DNA of 64,000 nucleotides from Escherichia coli (lineage in GTDB: Bacteria > Pseudomonadota > Gammaproteobacteria > Enterobacterales > Enterobacteriaceae): assembly GCF_013315695.1 (NCBI RefSeq), contig NZ_CP054353.1. The stretch is one strand, 5' to 3'. Positions 60,788-64,000 of this stretch are shown here, piece after piece. The notes beneath the pieces are model-generated. The model saw only the letters and a list, made by a program, of their open reading frames with translations. It did not search any database and was not told the DNA's origin. The position numbers and the translations under genes are program-made. Position 1 is the first letter of the stretch. Each line of letters opens with the position of its first letter.

Positions 60788-63214
60788 ATGTCCAAAAATG
60801 AACAAATGGTGGGCATCAGCCGCAGAACACTCGTTAAATCTACCGCGATAGGTTCTCTGGCGCTGGCTGCAGGCGGTTTTTCTTTACCGTTCACCCTGCG
60901 CAGTGCAGCGGCAGCGGTACAACAGGCCAGCGAGAAAGTGGTCTGGGGTGCCTGTTCCGTCAACTGTGGTAGCCGCTGTGCACTTCGTCTGCATGTTAAA
61001 GATAATGAAGTGACCTGGGTGGAAACTGACAACACCGGCAACGACGAGTATGGCAATCATCAAGTACGTGCCTGTTTGCGCGGTCGCTCCATCCGTCGGC
61101 GTATTAATCATCCCGATCGCTTGAATTACCCAATGAAACGCGTGGGCAAACGCGGCGAAGGCAAATTCGAACGGATTAGCTGGGATGAAGCCCTGGATAC
61201 TATCGCCAGTAGCCTGAAAAAAACCGTCGAACAATATGGCAATGAGGCTGTATATATTCAGTACTCTTCAGGGATCGTTGGCGGCAATATGACCCGCTCT
61301 TCACCATCAGCCTCGGCGGTCAAACGCCTGATGAACTGCTACGGCGGTTCACTCAATCAGTATGGCTCCTACAGCACCGCGCAAATTTCCTGTGCCATGC
61401 CCTACACCTACGGCAGTAATGATGGCAACAGCACCACGGATATTGAAAACAGCAAGCTGGTCGTGATGTTTGGTAACAACCCGGCAGAAACCCGCATGAG
61501 CGGCGGTGGCATCACTTATCTTCTTGAAAAAGCGCGCGAGAAATCGAACGCAAAAATGATTGTTATCGATCCGCGATATACCGATACGGCTGCTGGTCGT
61601 GAAGACGAATGGCTACCTATTCGCCCGGGCACCGATGCCGCGCTGGTTGCGGGTATTGCCTGGGTATTGATTAACGAAAATCTCGTTGATCAACCTTTTC
61701 TCGATAAATACTGCGTCGGCTATGACGAAAAAACCTTACCCGCAGATGCACCAAAAAATGGTCACTATAAAGCCTATATTCTTGGTGAAGGTGATGATAA
61801 AACAGCGAAAACGCCGCAGTGGGCTTCGCAAATTACCGGTATCCCGGTGGACCGTATCATCAAGCTGGCGCGTGAAATTGGCACAGCAAAACCCGCTTAT
61901 ATCTGCCAGGGCTGGGGACCGCAACGCCAGGCAAACGGCGAGCTGACTGCACGCGCTATTGCGATGTTGCCTATTCTGACGGGCAATGTCGGCATCAGCG
62001 GCGGGAATAGTGGCGCGCGTGAATCGACCTATACCATTACCATAGAACGCCTGCCGGTGCTGGATAATCCGGTCAAAACGTCAATCTCCTGCTTCAGCTG
62101 GACAGATGCTATCGATCATGGCCCGCAAATGACGGCAATCCGCGACGGTGTCCGGGGCAAAGATAAACTGGATGTGCCCATTAAGTTCATCTGGAACTAC
62201 GCGGGAAATACCCTGGTTAATCAGCATTCTGACATCAACAAAACGCATGAAATTCTGCAGGACGAATCGAAATGCGAAATGATTGTGGTCATCGAAAACT
62301 TTATGACCTCATCGGCAAAATATGCCGACATTCTGCTGCCAGACCTGATGACCGTTGAGCAGGAAGATATTATTCCTAACGACTACGCCGGTAACATGGG
62401 ATATCTCATTTTCCTTCAGCCAGTCACCAGCGAAAAATTCGAACGCAAACCGATTTACTGGATCCTGAGTGAAGTCGCGAAACGTCTTGGACCTGACGTC
62501 TATCAAAAGTTCACTGAAGGTCGCACCCAGGAACAATGGTTACAACATCTGTACGCCAAAATGCTTGCCAAAGATCCGGCGTTACCGTCTTACGACGAAC
62601 TGAAAAAAATGGGTATCTATAAGCGTAAAGATCCCAATGGTCATTTTGTCGCCTACAAAGCATTTCGTGACGACCCCGAGGCAAATCCACTTAAAACGCC
62701 TTCCGGTAAGATTGAAATTTATTCCAGCAAGCTGGCGGAAATTGCCCGTACCTGGGAACTGGAAAAAGATGAAGTGATAAGCCCACTGCCGGTTTATGCC
62801 TCAACCTTTGAAGGCTGGGACTCCCCTGAACGTAGTACCTTCCCACTGCAACTGTTTGGTTTCCATTACAAATCCCGTACGCACTCGACCTACGGCAACA
62901 TTGATGTCCTGAAGGCAGCCTGCCGTCAGGAAGTGTGGATCAACCCTATAGATGCACAGAAACGTGGGATTGCCAACGGCGATATGGTGCGGGTGTTTAA
63001 CCATCGTGGCGAAGTTCGGCTACCAGCCAAAGTGACACCACGCATTCTCCCTGGAGTTAGTGCTATGGGCCAGGGAGCCTGGCACGAGGCCAATATGTCT
63101 GGCGATAAAATCGACCACGGCGGCTGTGTGAATACGCTAACCACTCTGCGCCCTTCACCACTGGCGAAGGGAAACCCGCAGCACACTAATCTGGTCGAGA
63201 TCGAAAAAATATAA
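60788..63214 (+). CDS. ynfE: Tat-exported molybdopterin oxidoreductase catalytic subunit (DMSO-reductase family; putative selenate reductase)
   Basis: 808 aa; twin-arginine signal SRRTLVKSTAIGSLALAAGG; Fe-S cysteine cluster CSVNCGSRCALRLHV. Confidence 0.9.
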   Translation: MSKNEQMVGISRRTLVKSTAIGSLALAAGGFSLPFTLRSAAAAVQQASEKVVWGACSVNCGSRCALRLHVKDNEVTWVETDNTGNDEYGNHQVRACLRGRSIRRRINHPDRLNYPMKRVGKRGEGKFERISWDEALDTIASSLKKTVEQYGNEAVYIQYSSGIVGGNMTRSSPSASAVKRLMNCYGGSLNQYGSYSTAQISCAMPYTYGSNDGNSTTDIENSKLVVMFGNNPAETRMSGGGITYLLEKAREKSNAKMIVIDPRYTDTAAGREDEWLPIRPGTDAALVAGIAWVLINENLVDQPFLDKYCVGYDEKTLPADAPKNGHYKAYILGEGDDKTAKTPQWASQITGIPVDRIIKLAREIGTAKPAYICQGWGPQRQANGELTARAIAMLPILTGNVGISGGNSGARESTYTITIERLPVLDNPVKTSISCFSWTDAIDHGPQMTAIRDGVRGKDKLDVPIKFIWNYAGNTLVNQHSDINKTHEILQDESKCEMIVVIENFMTSSAKYADILLPDLMTVEQEDIIPNDYAGNMGYLIFLQPVTSEKFERKPIYWILSEVAKRLGPDVYQKFTEGRTQEQWLQHLYAKMLAKDPALPSYDELKKMGIYKRKDPNGHFVAYKAFRDDPEANPLKTPSGKIEIYSSKLAEIARTWELEKDEVISPLPVYASTFEGWDSPERSTFPLQLFGFHYKSRTHSTYGNIDVLKAACRQEVWINPIDAQKRGIANGDMVRVFNHRGEVRLPAKVTPRILPGVSAMGQGAWHEANMSGDKIDHGGCVNTLTTLRPSPLAKGNPQHTNLVEIEKI

Positions 63215-63271
63215 CCCACTACGACCATAAATTTTGACATGACATTTTGTTTGAAAAGCAATAAGTGAGTA

Positions 63272-64000
63272 ATGATGAAAATCCATACCACAGAGGCGCT
63301 CATGAAGGCTGAAATCAGCCGTAGAAGTCTGATGAAAACCTCCGCACTTGGCAGTCTTGCGCTGGCAAGCAGTGCTTTCACTCTGCCATTTTCCCAAATG
63401 GTCCGAGCGGCAGAGACACCGGTAGAAGAGAAAGCGGTCTGGAGTTCCTGCACCGTTAACTGCGGGAGCCGCTGTCTGTTACGTTTGCATGTGAAAGATG
63501 ACACCGTGTACTGGGTGGAGTCTGATACGACAGGAGACGACGTTTACGGTAATCATCAGGTTCGGGCATGTTTACGCGGGCGCTCTATCCGCCGACGGAT
63601 GAATCATCCTGACAGGTTGAAATATCCCATGAAGCGCGTCGGCAAGCGCGGTGAAGGTAAATTTGAACGGATAAGTTGGGATGAAGCCCTGGATACCATC
63701 AGTGATAATCTTCGGCGGATCCTGAAAGATTACGGCAATGAGGCTGTACATGTCCTGTACGGAACAGGCGTAGATGGCGGAAACATCACCAACTCGAACG
63801 TCCCGTACCGTCTGATGAACTCTTGCGGTGGTTTTCTCAGTCGCTATGGCAGCTACAGTACCGCACAGATCAGTGCCGCGATGAGTTATATGTTCGGTGC
63901 CAATGATGGCAACAGCCCGGATGATATCGCCAATACGAAACTGGTCGTTATGTTCGGAAATAACCCGGCAGAAACCCGGATGAGCGGCGGTGGTGTCACT
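63272..64000 (+). CDS. ynfF: DMSO-reductase-family catalytic subunit paralog, 5' portion (runs off window end)
   Basis: MMKIHTTEALMKAEISRRSLMKTSALGSLALASSAFTLP...CTVNCGSRCLLRLHV...; near-duplicate of ynfE N-terminus. Confidence 0.85.
   Translation, partial: MMKIHTTEALMKAEISRRSLMKTSALGSLALASSAFTLPFSQMVRAAETPVEEKAVWSSCTVNCGSRCLLRLHVKDDTVYWVESDTTGDDVYGNHQVRACLRGRSIRRRMNHPDRLKYPMKRVGKRGEGKFERISWDEALDTISDNLRRILKDYGNEAVHVLYGTGVDGGNITNSNVPYRLMNSCGGFLSRYGSYSTAQISAAMSYMFGANDGNSPDDIANTKLVVMFGNNPAETRMSGGGVT

Overview
This window looks like an E. coli chromosomal segment (ydeE-mgtS-mgrR-dgcZ-ydeI-dcp-ydfG-ydfH-ydfZ-ydfI-ydfJ on the left; rspB-rspA-ynfA-ynfB-speG-ynfC-ynfD-ynfE-ynfF on the right) interrupted by a lambdoid prophage of about 45 kb integrated inside ydfJ (about 10590..55667). 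The prophage is a mosaic: a packaging/head/proximal-tail module that matches phage lambda as I remember it (Nu1, A, W, B, C, D, E, FI, FII, Z, U, V, G, T, cos, lom, stf), joined to a Qin-type early/lysis/accessory region (pinQ, ydfK, cspI/cspB/cspF, gnsB, essQ-lysozyme-Rz/Rz1, quuQ, relBE-hokD, flxA, dicA/dicC/dicF/dicB, ydfD, ydfE, intQ). It is heavily remodelled by insertion sequences: IS1 in the 3' end of stf, an IS911-like IS3-family element carrying a nested IS30 at the site where tail genes H through most of J are missing, and an IS2 with a truncated end in an exonuclease-like gene. I found no rRNA, tRNA or CRISPR array. I did not find a convincing, self-contained novel defence system. 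The most interesting unexplained items are: a three-gene cargo between stf and pinQ (including a stand-alone tail-fibre-like protein with a C-terminal chaperone-like domain); a single-base change in a homopolymer that fuses the Rz N-terminus to the Rz1 reading frame; a rspA about 68 codons shorter than expected; and a 437-aa DDE integrase-core gene in the early region. All calls rest on reading the sequence and ORF track against remembered protein sequences and lengths; no database search was run. Coordinates I derived by hand (IS ends, small genes, sRNAs) may be off by 1-2 nt.
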